Positions 1 through 7,563 of a stretch of DNA of 23,760 nt are shown piece by piece; within the stretch, counting starts at the first letter, position 1, and each line of letters opens with the position of its first letter. Origin of the DNA: Verrucomicrobiales bacterium. GTDB lineage: Bacteria > Verrucomicrobiota > Verrucomicrobiia > Verrucomicrobiales > SLCJ01. The stretch spans positions 1 to 23,760 of the forward strand of contig JBJTQJ010000034.1 in the NCBI GenBank assembly GCA_046075565.1. The letters run 5' to 3'. The notes beneath the pieces were generated by a model. The model was not told the origin of the DNA and did no database searches. It saw nothing but the letters and a program-made list of their open reading frames with translations. A program made the position numbers and the translations under genes.

Positions 1-2
1 CA

Positions 3-743
3 TCATCGGCGACGCCGGAAAGCAGCGAGACCACCAAGGAGAAGCAGCGCGGCCGAGCCCGGTTCGGGCACGACGAACCGGTAGGTCGCCGGAGCGCTCA
101 TGACATCATTACCGCCTTGTTTGGCGAAGGCCTCAAATTCAAGTTCGTAAACACCGAGGTCGGTGAAAGCGAAGTTGAAGTGCGTATGAGTCAACACATA
201 AGCGACATCCGTGGCATCGATGCCGTCGGATGTGGCCATCCAAACGATCGGGTTGCCCAAGCCGTCATCCTTCCAGAGGGAGAATCGCGGGTTGATGGCG
301 TGTCCGCTGTAAGTGAAATCGAGCAGACGCAGGCCGAACCATTTGTTGCTGGTGTTGGCTCCGCGGGCGTCTCCGGGGTTCCACGCGTCGAAGGCACCCA
401 GATCGGCTTCCTCCGCCCCAATACCGAGATACGGCAGGTTTGGTTCGGGAGCGTCGGGGATTTGGTAGTAGGTCTGACCCGCGCCGACATCGAGGAAATT
501 CCACTGGGCACCTGGCGGTCGGGTCGTGGTGGCGAACGCCGGGTTGACGAAGGCCTCCGCTTCTTCGGGTTCGTATTCGAGTACAGTGGTTTCGTCGTGC
601 CAATGCAGTCCCAGGTCGCCGGCTTCGGCAAGGCCGATATCAACATGTTCGGTGGTAAAGGTCGTGACGGCCATGAGTTTGCCTATGGCGAGGTTTCCCG
701 CGACGAGCGCGGCCAGCAGTGGTTTGGTATGTATGGTTTTCAT
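3..743 (-). CDS. PEP-CTERM surface protein with a choice-of-anchor M / TIGR03769-like His-motif domain (246 aa)
   Basis: Start taken at ATG 743 (MKTIHTKPLLAALVAG.. signal peptide). Motifs EHVDIGL, HWHDE, LPYLGIGAEE and THTHFNFAFTDLGVYELEF. C-terminus VPEPGSAALLLLGGLAAFRRRR is a canonical PEP-CTERM signal. The stop TGA (5-3) overlaps ATGs at 6-4 and 3-1, suggesting a coupled downstream gene outside the window. Confidence 0.85.
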   Translation of the reverse strand: MKTIHTKPLLAALVAGNLAIGKLMAVTTFTTEHVDIGLAEAGDLGLHWHDETTVLEYEPEEAEAFVNPAFATTTRPPGAQWNFLDVGAGQTYYQIPDAPEPNLPYLGIGAEEADLGAFDAWNPGDARGANTSNKWFGLRLLDFTYSGHAINPRFSLWKDDGLGNPIVWMATSDGIDATDVAYVLTHTHFNFAFTDLGVYELEFEAFAKQGGNDVMSAPATYRFVVPEPGSAALLLLGGLAAFRRRR

Positions 744-783
744 GATTGTGTCAGGTATTGAGATGGTGGCTTGAAGGAAAAAT

Positions 784-2046
784 TCAAGGTTGCCCGGTGG
801 GGCGAGCTTCGGGGGGCATGGCGAAGTTGATACCGCGGTCGAACCATTGTGCCTTGAGATCGGCTGCTTTGATGGTTTCCACTCGCCCGTCGGCATAAAG
901 GTAGTTGGCCGATCCCTCCAGATGCTGGGGCGTTGCTTCGCCGGTGCGGTGGCGATCCGGCGAGATGTCGGCCAACACGCTCGACCAGGATTTCCAGTTG
1001 CGGCTGTGGGTGTGATCGTTGGTGAAACTCAAGCCCACCCGATCGGCGACCGTAAAGAGCAGGGGAGTTTGCGATGGATATTGCAGTCGTGGCAGATGCC
1101 GGAAGGATTCAATCATGCCGCCGAGCCCATCGTCGAGGTCCACACTCGTGTATTCATTGAGCGTGTAACTCGTTCCTCCTTCCGCGAGCCGATCCTCCCG
1201 TTTTGGGTCCGCTGGACAGATGCGAATCCGATCATAGCCGTCGCCGAGATAGTCTTTGAGTTGGAAAATCCAACTCTCCCCGGGATCCAGATGGGACGTG
1301 GTGGGGAGCCAGCCCGAGTTCTCATTGGCATAGGCGATGAACGCGGTGCCAAGCGTGCGCATGTTCGACGCGCAGGCCGCCCGATTGGCCATCATTTTCG
1401 CACGGGCGAAGGCCGTCCATATCCCCGCTGCCAGCACCGCGATGATCGTGATGGCCACCAACAGTTCCACCAGAGTGAACCCGTTGCTTTTCCAGGGCCT
1501 CGATGCCCTGCGGAACCATTCCTTTGTTGACTCGGGTTTTGCCCAGGTCGGCCCAAGCGGGAGGCTCTTGAGTTTCTTCCAACAGAAGTCCCGCCAGGAT
1601 TCTCCGGCCAAGGTTTGCACGGATTCCTCATGCACCAGTGCCCACTGCAAAAGCGGCCGGGCCAGATCTGACCATTCTCCGGCAGGCACCGGGAGGAGCG
1701 GATTGGATTCCGCGTTCGCCGGGTCCCATGAGCTGACTTCCCCCAACCGCCGGCTACCCCGCTTGAAGACAAAGGACCGCCCCTCGGTTTCCCACCGAAG
1801 GTAGGTTCCATGTAGTTCCACCACGCTGCCGCCGGGCAGCTCGCGGCGGTATCTCGAACTCGTGCCCTCCCGAGGCCGGGGCAATCGTGTGAAGCCCGTG
1901 CGCAGGAACAAATTCCCGTCCGGATGCCGGGCATCCAATCCCCAAAAAACCATCTGCTGAGCCAGAACTCCCCGTAAATCCGTTTCCCGGACGCGCACCT
2001 GACCAGCACTTTTCAGTGAGAGAGGGCGTTGCGCAGTGAGGACCAT
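784..2046 (-). CDS. Fusion of an unknown N-terminal domain (189 aa) with a prepilin-type N-methylation / H-X9-DG-like C-terminal protein (420 aa)
   Basis: Internal RRASRPWKSNG|FTLVELLVAITIIAVLAAG class III signal (F codon 1479-1477), CASNMRTLG..Y.NEN.GWLP and C-terminal GSANYLYADGRV. Start at ATG 2046 chosen because the track's 2064 start lies inside the promoter. Confidence 0.8.
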   Translation of the reverse strand: MVLTAQRPLSLKSAGQVRVRETDLRGVLAQQMVFWGLDARHPDGNLFLRTGFTRLPRPREGTSSRYRRELPGGSVVELHGTYLRWETEGRSFVFKRGSRRLGEVSSWDPANAESNPLLPVPAGEWSDLARPLLQWALVHEESVQTLAGESWRDFCWKKLKSLPLGPTWAKPESTKEWFRRASRPWKSNGFTLVELLVAITIIAVLAAGIWTAFARAKMMANRAACASNMRTLGTAFIAYANENSGWLPTTSHLDPGESWIFQLKDYLGDGYDRIRICPADPKREDRLAEGGTSYTLNEYTSVDLDDGLGGMIESFRHLPRLQYPSQTPLLFTVADRVGLSFTNDHTHSRNWKSWSSVLADISPDRHRTGEATPQHLEGSANYLYADGRVETIKAADLKAQWFDRGINFAMPPEARPTGQP

Positions 2047-2066
2047 AATGCAAATTATATGCAATA
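2046..2066. promoter_or_regulatory. Imperfect 10-1-10 palindrome TAATGCAAAT-T-ATATGCAATA, Fur/Zur-family-like operator
   Basis: 8 of 10 arm positions are complementary. It is an AT-rich island in GC-rich DNA and covers the -10 box and the first base of the start codon of the 784-2046 gene. Regulator identity is inferred. Confidence 0.6.
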
Positions 2067-2081
2067 ACGGAGAAATTGCAA
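2054..2081 (-). promoter_or_regulatory. sigma70-like promoter TTGCAA-16-TATAAT (probably leaderless)
   Basis: Minus strand -35 at 2081-2076 and a perfect -10 at 2059-2054, 7 nt upstream of ATG 2046. Confidence 0.65.
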
Positions 2082-2160
2082 ATTGATCTGTGATTTTGCG
2101 GTTTTTTGCCGATTCCGTGGTTGTCGGCGACCCAGATTCATCCCGGCGGACGACACAAGA

Positions 2161-2189
2161 TTGTCTCCTGTCTGATCCCCGATTAGACT
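2161..2189 (+). promoter_or_regulatory. sigma70-like promoter TTGTCT-17-TAGACT (probably leaderless)
   Basis: -35 at 2161-2166 and -10 at 2184-2189, 7 nt upstream of ATG 2197, with no room for a Shine-Dalgarno. Confidence 0.6.
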
Positions 2190-2196
2190 GGCTTGC

Positions 2197-3675
2197 ATGA
2201 CCCGGCTGAATTTCTTCTTAGCGCTCGCCGCCCAACTGCCAATGGCTCCGGTTTGTTCCGCACAAGAGGCGGCGAAGCGACCACCGAACATCCTGTTCCT
2301 TATGGCCGATGACCTCAACACCCGGTTGGGATGTTACGGTGATGAGATGGTGAAAAGCCCCCGCCTCGACTCGCTGGCGTCCCGGGGAGCCCGGTTTGAT
2401 CGCGCTTACTGCCAATTCCCGCTCTGCGGACCGAGCCGCAACTCAATGCTCACCGGACGATATCCGGACAGCACGGGGATCCACGCCAACTCGCAAATCT
2501 TCCGCCAGACCATCCCCGAAGCCGTCAGTTTGCCGCAGGCCTACCGTCGCGACGGGTGGTTCGCGGCTCGCATCGGCAAGATGTATCATTACAATGTTCC
2601 CAAATCCGTCGGAACCGTGGGACACGACGACCCCGCATCCTGGGAGCTGACGATTCAGCCCGCCGGTGTTGATCGCGTCGATGAAGAAGGCGACATCTTC
2701 TCTCTGCGCGAGGGAGAATTCGGCGGCACGTTGAGCTGGTATGCTTCACCCCGCGGGAGTGAATTTCATACCGATGCCATCATGGCCAAGGATGCGGCAT
2801 GGGTTCTCGAGAGATGCGCCAGAGAGCCGCAACGACCGTTCTTTTTGGCCGTCGGATTTTTTCGCCCGCACACCCCGTATGTTTCGCCGAAATCTTACTT
2901 CGAGCACTATCCATTGGAGAAGATTTCACTCGTGCAAGGTGTAGACAAAGATCAGCAAGACATTCCACCCCTCGCGCTCGCCAGTCGCAAACCCGAACAG
3001 GAAAAACTCACCGACGATCTCCGGCGTCAAGCCATCCAGGCGTATTTCGCCAGCATCACTTTCATGGATGAGCAGGTCGGTCTCGTGCTTGACTCCCTGA
3101 AACGTCTAGGTCTTGAGGAAAATACCATTGTCGTATTCACCAGCGATCACGGATACCATCTCGGTGAACACGGTCTTTGGCAGAAGCAAAGTCTCTTCGA
3201 GGAGAGTGCGCGGGTTCCTCTTCTCATGGCAGGCCCCGGCGTGAAACCCGGCACCAGCATCGGAGCTCCCGTCGGATTGATCGACATTTATCCCACGCTC
3301 CGGAAAATGACCGGCCATGGCTCATCCGAACCATTGCAAGGCCAGAACCTCGTTCCCATGCTTGAGGACCCAACGACCACTGGTCGCGGCTACGCCCTCA
3401 CGCAGGTCAAACGGGGCAACATTTCCGGATGGTCCATCCGGACAACCCGCTGGCGATATATCGAATGGGACAATGGCACCAAGGGAGCCGAACTCTACGA
3501 TCACGACAACGATGCCGGCGAACTCACTAATCTCGCTGCCGATCCCGCCCATGCCGCCACCTTGGCCGAACTCACCACCCGTCTGCGCGAATCCGCCGCC
3601 ACCACCCGTCCGGCGTCCGGCCGAATCCCCGAAGTCATCCCCGAAACCTGGCCACCCAATCTGTTGGGTAGGTGA
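2197..3675 (+). CDS. Secreted Cys-type formylglycine sulfatase (S1 family, iduronate-2-sulfatase-like)
   Basis: Signal peptide; PNILFLMADDL; CGPSRNSMLTGR (CxPxR signature); GKMYH; RPHTPY; FTSDHGYHLGEHGLWQK; ELYD. Confidence 0.93.
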   Translation: MTRLNFFLALAAQLPMAPVCSAQEAAKRPPNILFLMADDLNTRLGCYGDEMVKSPRLDSLASRGARFDRAYCQFPLCGPSRNSMLTGRYPDSTGIHANSQIFRQTIPEAVSLPQAYRRDGWFAARIGKMYHYNVPKSVGTVGHDDPASWELTIQPAGVDRVDEEGDIFSLREGEFGGTLSWYASPRGSEFHTDAIMAKDAAWVLERCAREPQRPFFLAVGFFRPHTPYVSPKSYFEHYPLEKISLVQGVDKDQQDIPPLALASRKPEQEKLTDDLRRQAIQAYFASITFMDEQVGLVLDSLKRLGLEENTIVVFTSDHGYHLGEHGLWQKQSLFEESARVPLLMAGPGVKPGTSIGAPVGLIDIYPTLRKMTGHGSSEPLQGQNLVPMLEDPTTTGRGYALTQVKRGNISGWSIRTTRWRYIEWDNGTKGAELYDHDNDAGELTNLAADPAHAATLAELTTRLRESAATTRPASGRIPEVIPETWPPNLLGR

Positions 3676-3738
3676 AAATTTCGTTGCTTGCAGGCAGCAC
3701 GGTTGGTCCGCTCGAAAGCATCAGCTTCGAAGATGGTA

Positions 3739-3987
3739 TCATCCCTTCTTGGTCGCGATGAAGTGGGTGACGAGTGAGTCGAGGTCGTCGTCGCTGGCCT
3801 CGCGGAAGGCGGGAGAGAGTTCCTGACGGGAGAGGCGCTTTTGTCCTTCTTCGTGGCGGAAGATGATTCGGCATTCGACTTCGAAGCCATGGCGTTCGAA
3901 CTCGGCCACCCATTGGCTTTTGAGCCAGCGATTGTGCTGATCCCGTTGGCAGCCGAAATTGAGAGTGCCCCTTCCGCTTTGTTGTCC
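3739..3987 (-). pseudogene. Start-less coding remnant resembling the C-terminal part of a class I SAM methyltransferase
   Basis: Open frame not in the track: ..DQHNRWLKSQWVAEFERHGFEVECRIIFRHEEGQKRLSRQELSPAFREASDDDLDSLVTHFIATKKG* (TGA 3741-3739). No ATG; the only possible start is an internal GTG at 3909. Family assignment is from recalled pattern only. Confidence 0.45.
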
Positions 3988-4665
3988 TCAAGGCGCCGGG
4001 GAGATGCGGACGTTCCGGAACCAGACGGTCGAATCACCGTGTTTGCCTTGCAAGCCGATGTGGCCTTTGGAGGGAAGAGTGGCGGCGGGCTTCGAGAGCC
4101 AGCCTGGGATGTCCGAGCCATCGGGGTTTTTCTTCACTTCGGTCCATTTATCCATGTCCATGTCGGCGGTGAGTTCGCCGTTGAGCCAGACTTTGATGTT
4201 GCGGCCTTTGGCGAGGACGATCATACGGTTCCATTCGCCGGGGCGTTTGGTCATTTGTTTGGCGGGGGCAAGGCGGCCGAATACACCACCGCCGTGCCAT
4301 GTGGGCGCTGACTTCGCCCATTTTTCGGCGAAGGGGTCGGCAATCTGGAGTTCGATGGAATTTGGGATCCAGTTTTTCGTGTCGGTGCAATGGACGATGA
4401 CGCCGCTGTTGGTTCCGTCGGCGGTTTTAAATTCCAGATCGAGGAGGTAGTTCTCGTGTTCGCCGGCGAGCCAGAGCACTTGGTCGGCATTGGCGGTCAG
4501 TTCACCATTTTCAAACTTCCAGACGCCGTCCGGAGCTTTGACGTTCGAAAGATCGGGGGCGATCATTTCCTTGCCTGGCTCGGCGGGTGTGGGCGGGGCT
4601 TCGGCGAAAACGCTTGCAGAAGCGGCGAAAGCGAGGGCGATGATCGGAAGGACGGTGCGTTTCAT
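3988..4665 (-). CDS. DUF1080 (3-keto-disaccharide hydrolase family) secreted protein
   Basis: Signal peptide; WKFENGEL; LDLEFK..GTNSGV; ELQIAD; PGEWNRMIVLAKG.IKVWLNG; GHIGLQGKHG..VWFRNVRI. Confidence 0.92.
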   Translation of the reverse strand: MKRTVLPIIALAFAASASVFAEAPPTPAEPGKEMIAPDLSNVKAPDGVWKFENGELTANADQVLWLAGEHENYLLDLEFKTADGTNSGVIVHCTDTKNWIPNSIELQIADPFAEKWAKSAPTWHGGGVFGRLAPAKQMTKRPGEWNRMIVLAKGRNIKVWLNGELTADMDMDKWTEVKKNPDGSDIPGWLSKPAATLPSKGHIGLQGKHGDSTVWFRNVRISPAP

Positions 4666-4717
4666 GCCGCCTGTTACGCAACGCGAGTGTCGGGAATTTC
4701 AGTTTCTCGGAATCGTT

Positions 4718-4745
4718 TTGACTCTACTCGGCGGGGCATTAGGAT
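4718..4745 (+). promoter_or_regulatory. sigma70-like promoter TTGACT-16-TAGGAT (probably leaderless)
   Basis: The -10 ends 5 nt before GTG 4751. Confidence 0.5.
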
Positions 4746-4750
4746 AGGGG

Positions 4751-4978
4751 GTGGCATCTCCGGAAAATGATCGTTCGGACTGGACGGCCCGCCGTTGCGG
4801 GTCGTTTGACGAAATGCGTGCCTACCGGATCCGGCAATGGCAAGAAGCGGGTTGCGAGGCCCGTCTCAAAGCCGCTTGGGATTTGGTGCTCGATTATTGG
4901 GTGGGCCAGAAGGGAATCAATCCAGATGAACTCCGACTTCAAAAATCTGTTGCGCATCTTCGCAGAAGAGGGCGTTGA
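4751..4978 (+). CDS. Small hypothetical protein (75 aa), upstream partner of a nucleotidyltransferase in a TA-like pair
   Basis: SFDEM...WQ..G.EARLKAAWDLV...ELRLQKSVAHLRRR pattern; overlaps the start of an MNSDFK.. gene; has its own promoter. Confidence 0.65.
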   Translation: MASPENDRSDWTARRCGSFDEMRAYRIRQWQEAGCEARLKAAWDLVLDYWVGQKGINPDELRLQKSVAHLRRRGR

Positions 4979-4988
4979 AGTCACGTGA
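4926..4988 (+). pseudogene. Truncated nucleotidyltransferase (DUF6036/MNT-like), N-terminal stub only
   Basis: MNSDFKNLLRIFAEEGVE matches the usual M(N)xDFK(D/E)LL..(N)..xVEYLxVGG start. The frame runs into the stop of the convergent gene at 4981, just before the expected YLxVGG motif. Confidence 0.6.
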
Positions 4989-6474
4989 TGACCGGCAGCT
5001 TGAATTCCTCGCGGTAAGTGCCGGCCACGAGGGCATTGGCTTCGTCGGCGAATTCACCGGTGAAGACCTCCTTGTCGGGGTCGAAGGAAAGCAAGACACC
5101 GCAACGGATGGGGGATTTCGCGGGGTCGAGGCCGTTAGCGACGAGGTGTTCGAGGAAGGCTTCGTTGAGTTCAAGCGCGCGTTTGTCGCCTTGCAGGCGT
5201 TCGCGGATCTCATCCGGATTGGCGGATTTGCCGAGGCGGTAGGAGATGTTGGCCAGATGGGCGAGGGAAGCGGAGAGATGGCCATCGAGCACACCGTGAT
5301 CGGGACGGGTGAGTTTGCCGGCGCCGATCGCCTTGATCCAGTTTTCCATGTGCCCTTCTCCATCGGTGACGGCGAATTTCTTGATCGTCTTGCCGTTGGC
5401 ATCAAGGGCGCGGGATTCGGCGATGAGGCCGCCTTCACATTCAATGATGTTGGCGATACTCACGCCGTGCATGCGGGGTTCACCGATGGCCCAGTCCATG
5501 TTCTTGCGGGGCAGGCCGCGGTTGTCAAAGAGCAGGGGAGCGGGTTTGTAATCGAAAAGGGCGAACTGGGTATTGGGGGTCTCGCCATCATCCTCGTATC
5601 CGAAACGTCCACCGACACTCATGACGGCGGAGGGGAGTTTCATCTGGTCCAGCGCCCAGCGGGCGACGTCGAGTTGGTGTGGACCTTGGTTGCCGATGTC
5701 GCCGTTGCCGTAGTCCCACTGCCAATGCCAATCATAGTGGAATTGTTTGCGATGCAGCGGTTTCGTCTCCCTTGGCCCGCACCAGAGATTGTAGTCCACT
5801 GATGCCGGTGGTTGCACGGGACCGTTGGTTTTGCCGATGCTCTTGCGTGGTTTGAAATTGAGGCCGAGCGAGGTCTTGATTTTTCCGAGGTTTCCGGCTT
5901 TGACCCAGTCCATGATTTCATGCCATCCGGTGTCGGAGCGGCGTTGCATGCCGTGCTGGACGATGAGGTTGGGGCGTTTGGCGGCGGCTTCCGCGAGCAG
6001 GCGTCCTTCGCGGATATTGTGGGAAACCGGCTTTTCGACATAAACATGTTTGCCCGCCGCGATGGCGGTCATGGCCAGAAGGGTGTGGGTGTGGTTGGGC
6101 GTGGAAATGATGACGGCGTCCACGTTTGCAGACGCACAGCATTCGCGGAAGTCCCGGATGGCCTGGGGTTTGGCTTTTCCGGCATCCGTGCACATCTTCT
6201 GGTGCTTTTCCATCGCCGTGGTATCCGGGTCGCAAACAGCCGCGATGTTCACGTTCGGCTGTCCCAACATTTTTTTGATGGCGTGGGTGCCCTTGGAGCC
6301 GCAGCCGATGATGCCGACCCGCAGCGCCCCATTCGAACCGGTGGCCTGGGCCCGGACGGGAAAGGCCGGACCGAGCAAGGAGGCTCCAAGTGCGGCGCTT
6401 GCGGAGAAGACAAAGCGGCGGCGGTTGGTGTTTACGGTCGGGTTGGTTCGGGCGGTGAGAATCCTGTCAGTCAT
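4981..6474 (-). CDS. Tat-exported Gfo/Idh/MocA family oxidoreductase
   Basis: NRRRFV twin-arginine signal; RVGIIGCGSKG Rossmann motif; STPNHTH; GKHVYVEKP; GNGDIGNQGPHQLD. Confidence 0.93.
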   Translation of the reverse strand: MTDRILTARTNPTVNTNRRRFVFSASAALGASLLGPAFPVRAQATGSNGALRVGIIGCGSKGTHAIKKMLGQPNVNIAAVCDPDTTAMEKHQKMCTDAGKAKPQAIRDFRECCASANVDAVIISTPNHTHTLLAMTAIAAGKHVYVEKPVSHNIREGRLLAEAAAKRPNLIVQHGMQRRSDTGWHEIMDWVKAGNLGKIKTSLGLNFKPRKSIGKTNGPVQPPASVDYNLWCGPRETKPLHRKQFHYDWHWQWDYGNGDIGNQGPHQLDVARWALDQMKLPSAVMSVGGRFGYEDDGETPNTQFALFDYKPAPLLFDNRGLPRKNMDWAIGEPRMHGVSIANIIECEGGLIAESRALDANGKTIKKFAVTDGEGHMENWIKAIGAGKLTRPDHGVLDGHLSASLAHLANISYRLGKSANPDEIRERLQGDKRALELNEAFLEHLVANGLDPAKSPIRCGVLLSFDPDKEVFTGEFADEANALVAGTYREEFKLPVIT

Positions 6475-6583
6475 GTTGAAGTGGACGCGCCAGCCCGGAG
6501 CTTGCTTTCATTGATGTGATCGGGGGGAGGGGCGATCCCCTCCGGCCATGGGGATGCGATTCCGTGGCCGTTTGCGACCCTAC

Positions 6584-6612
6584 TTGCGTCCGGAGGGTTT
6601 CGGGTGCATGTT
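6584..6612 (+). promoter_or_regulatory. Possible sigma70-like promoter TTGCGT-17-CATGTT
   Basis: Correct spacing; lies 23 nt upstream of ATG 6636 in a divergent intergenic region. Confidence 0.35.
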
Positions 6613-6635
6613 TCCGGATTGTTCGGACCCCCCTC

Positions 6636-7541
6636 ATGATATTCTCCATCTCCCTTCGTATCCTCGGACTGGCATTGGTGGTGGCTCTTCCGCTGGCTTC
6701 CTGTCAGAAGAAGACATCCCCCGTCGAAGCCGCCGCCGCCTATCAGAGCCGCGGCTATCCCCAGGCCCAATACAATCCGGCCTACGGTCAGTATCAGGAC
6801 CCGCGGTATGGTGCCACGCGCCAACCCAATGCCCGTATCAATCCCAACCAGGCGGCTAGCCCGAAACCGCAAACCCCTTCCGCCCCGCGGGGCTGGAACG
6901 CTGATGTTGTCTCATTGCCCACGGGGGACGTGCCGAATGTTAGCTACACGGCCGGCAGTCGCGCCCAACCTTATGTGGCGCTCACTTTCGACGATGGTCC
7001 GCACGCCACTCTCACACCGAAGTTGCTCACTATCCTGCGCGACCGCAATGTAAAAGCCACCTTCTATGTTCTTGGTCCGAACGCGAAACGCAACCCCGGC
7101 ATCATGCAGAGGATGGTCGCTGAAGGACATGAACTGGGCAACCATTCTTGGACCCACCGCGTGATGAGCAAGGCGCCGACCGAAGCCATGATGAAGGAAT
7201 TCCAGGACACTCAGGATGCGATTGTCGCGTCCTGCGGTGTCGCCCCGAAATCCCAGCGCCCTCCCTATGGCGCGATGACCAAACCCCAGCGCGCTCTTTT
7301 GAAGGAGAAATTCGGTTACCCGTGTATTCTCTGGGATGTAGACCCGCTCGATTGGAAAAAGCCAGGATCGAGTGTGGTGGCTTCCCGGATTCTCTCCGGC
7401 GCGCGCAATGGTTCGATCATCCTGCTGCACGACATCCACGCCGGTTCGGTCGATGCGGTCCCCGCTGTGCTCGATGGTTTGCTCGCCAAGGGTTACACGT
7501 TCGTGACCGTATCGCAGCTCCTGGCCATGTCGGGCCAGTGA
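6636..7541 (+). CDS. Polysaccharide deacetylase (CE4/NodB) lipoprotein (301 aa)
   Basis: Lipobox LPLAS-C; Q/Y/P-rich linker; all five CE4 motifs: TFDDGP, HSWTH, RPPYG, DPLDW, IILLHD. Confidence 0.92.
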   Translation: MIFSISLRILGLALVVALPLASCQKKTSPVEAAAAYQSRGYPQAQYNPAYGQYQDPRYGATRQPNARINPNQAASPKPQTPSAPRGWNADVVSLPTGDVPNVSYTAGSRAQPYVALTFDDGPHATLTPKLLTILRDRNVKATFYVLGPNAKRNPGIMQRMVAEGHELGNHSWTHRVMSKAPTEAMMKEFQDTQDAIVASCGVAPKSQRPPYGAMTKPQRALLKEKFGYPCILWDVDPLDWKKPGSSVVASRILSGARNGSIILLHDIHAGSVDAVPAVLDGLLAKGYTFVTVSQLLAMSGQ

Positions 7542-7563
7542 GCCTCGAAAGGGAGCGCCTCGC

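Noticed and set aside
3988-3990. Selenocysteine or programmed readthrough of the DUF1080 TGA
   Set aside because: The DUF1080 domain is complete before the stop, there is no Cys-equivalent context, and I saw no convincing SECIS-like hairpin.
4981-6474. GnnA (lipid A GlcNAc3N pathway) as partner of the lpxA
   Set aside because: Same superfamily, but this protein is Tat-exported, much longer, far from lpxA and has no gnnB neighbour.
6526-6543. Hairpin GGAGGGG-CGAT-CCCCTCC
   Set aside because: Lies between divergent genes with no U-tract, so it is not supportable as a terminator; function unknown.
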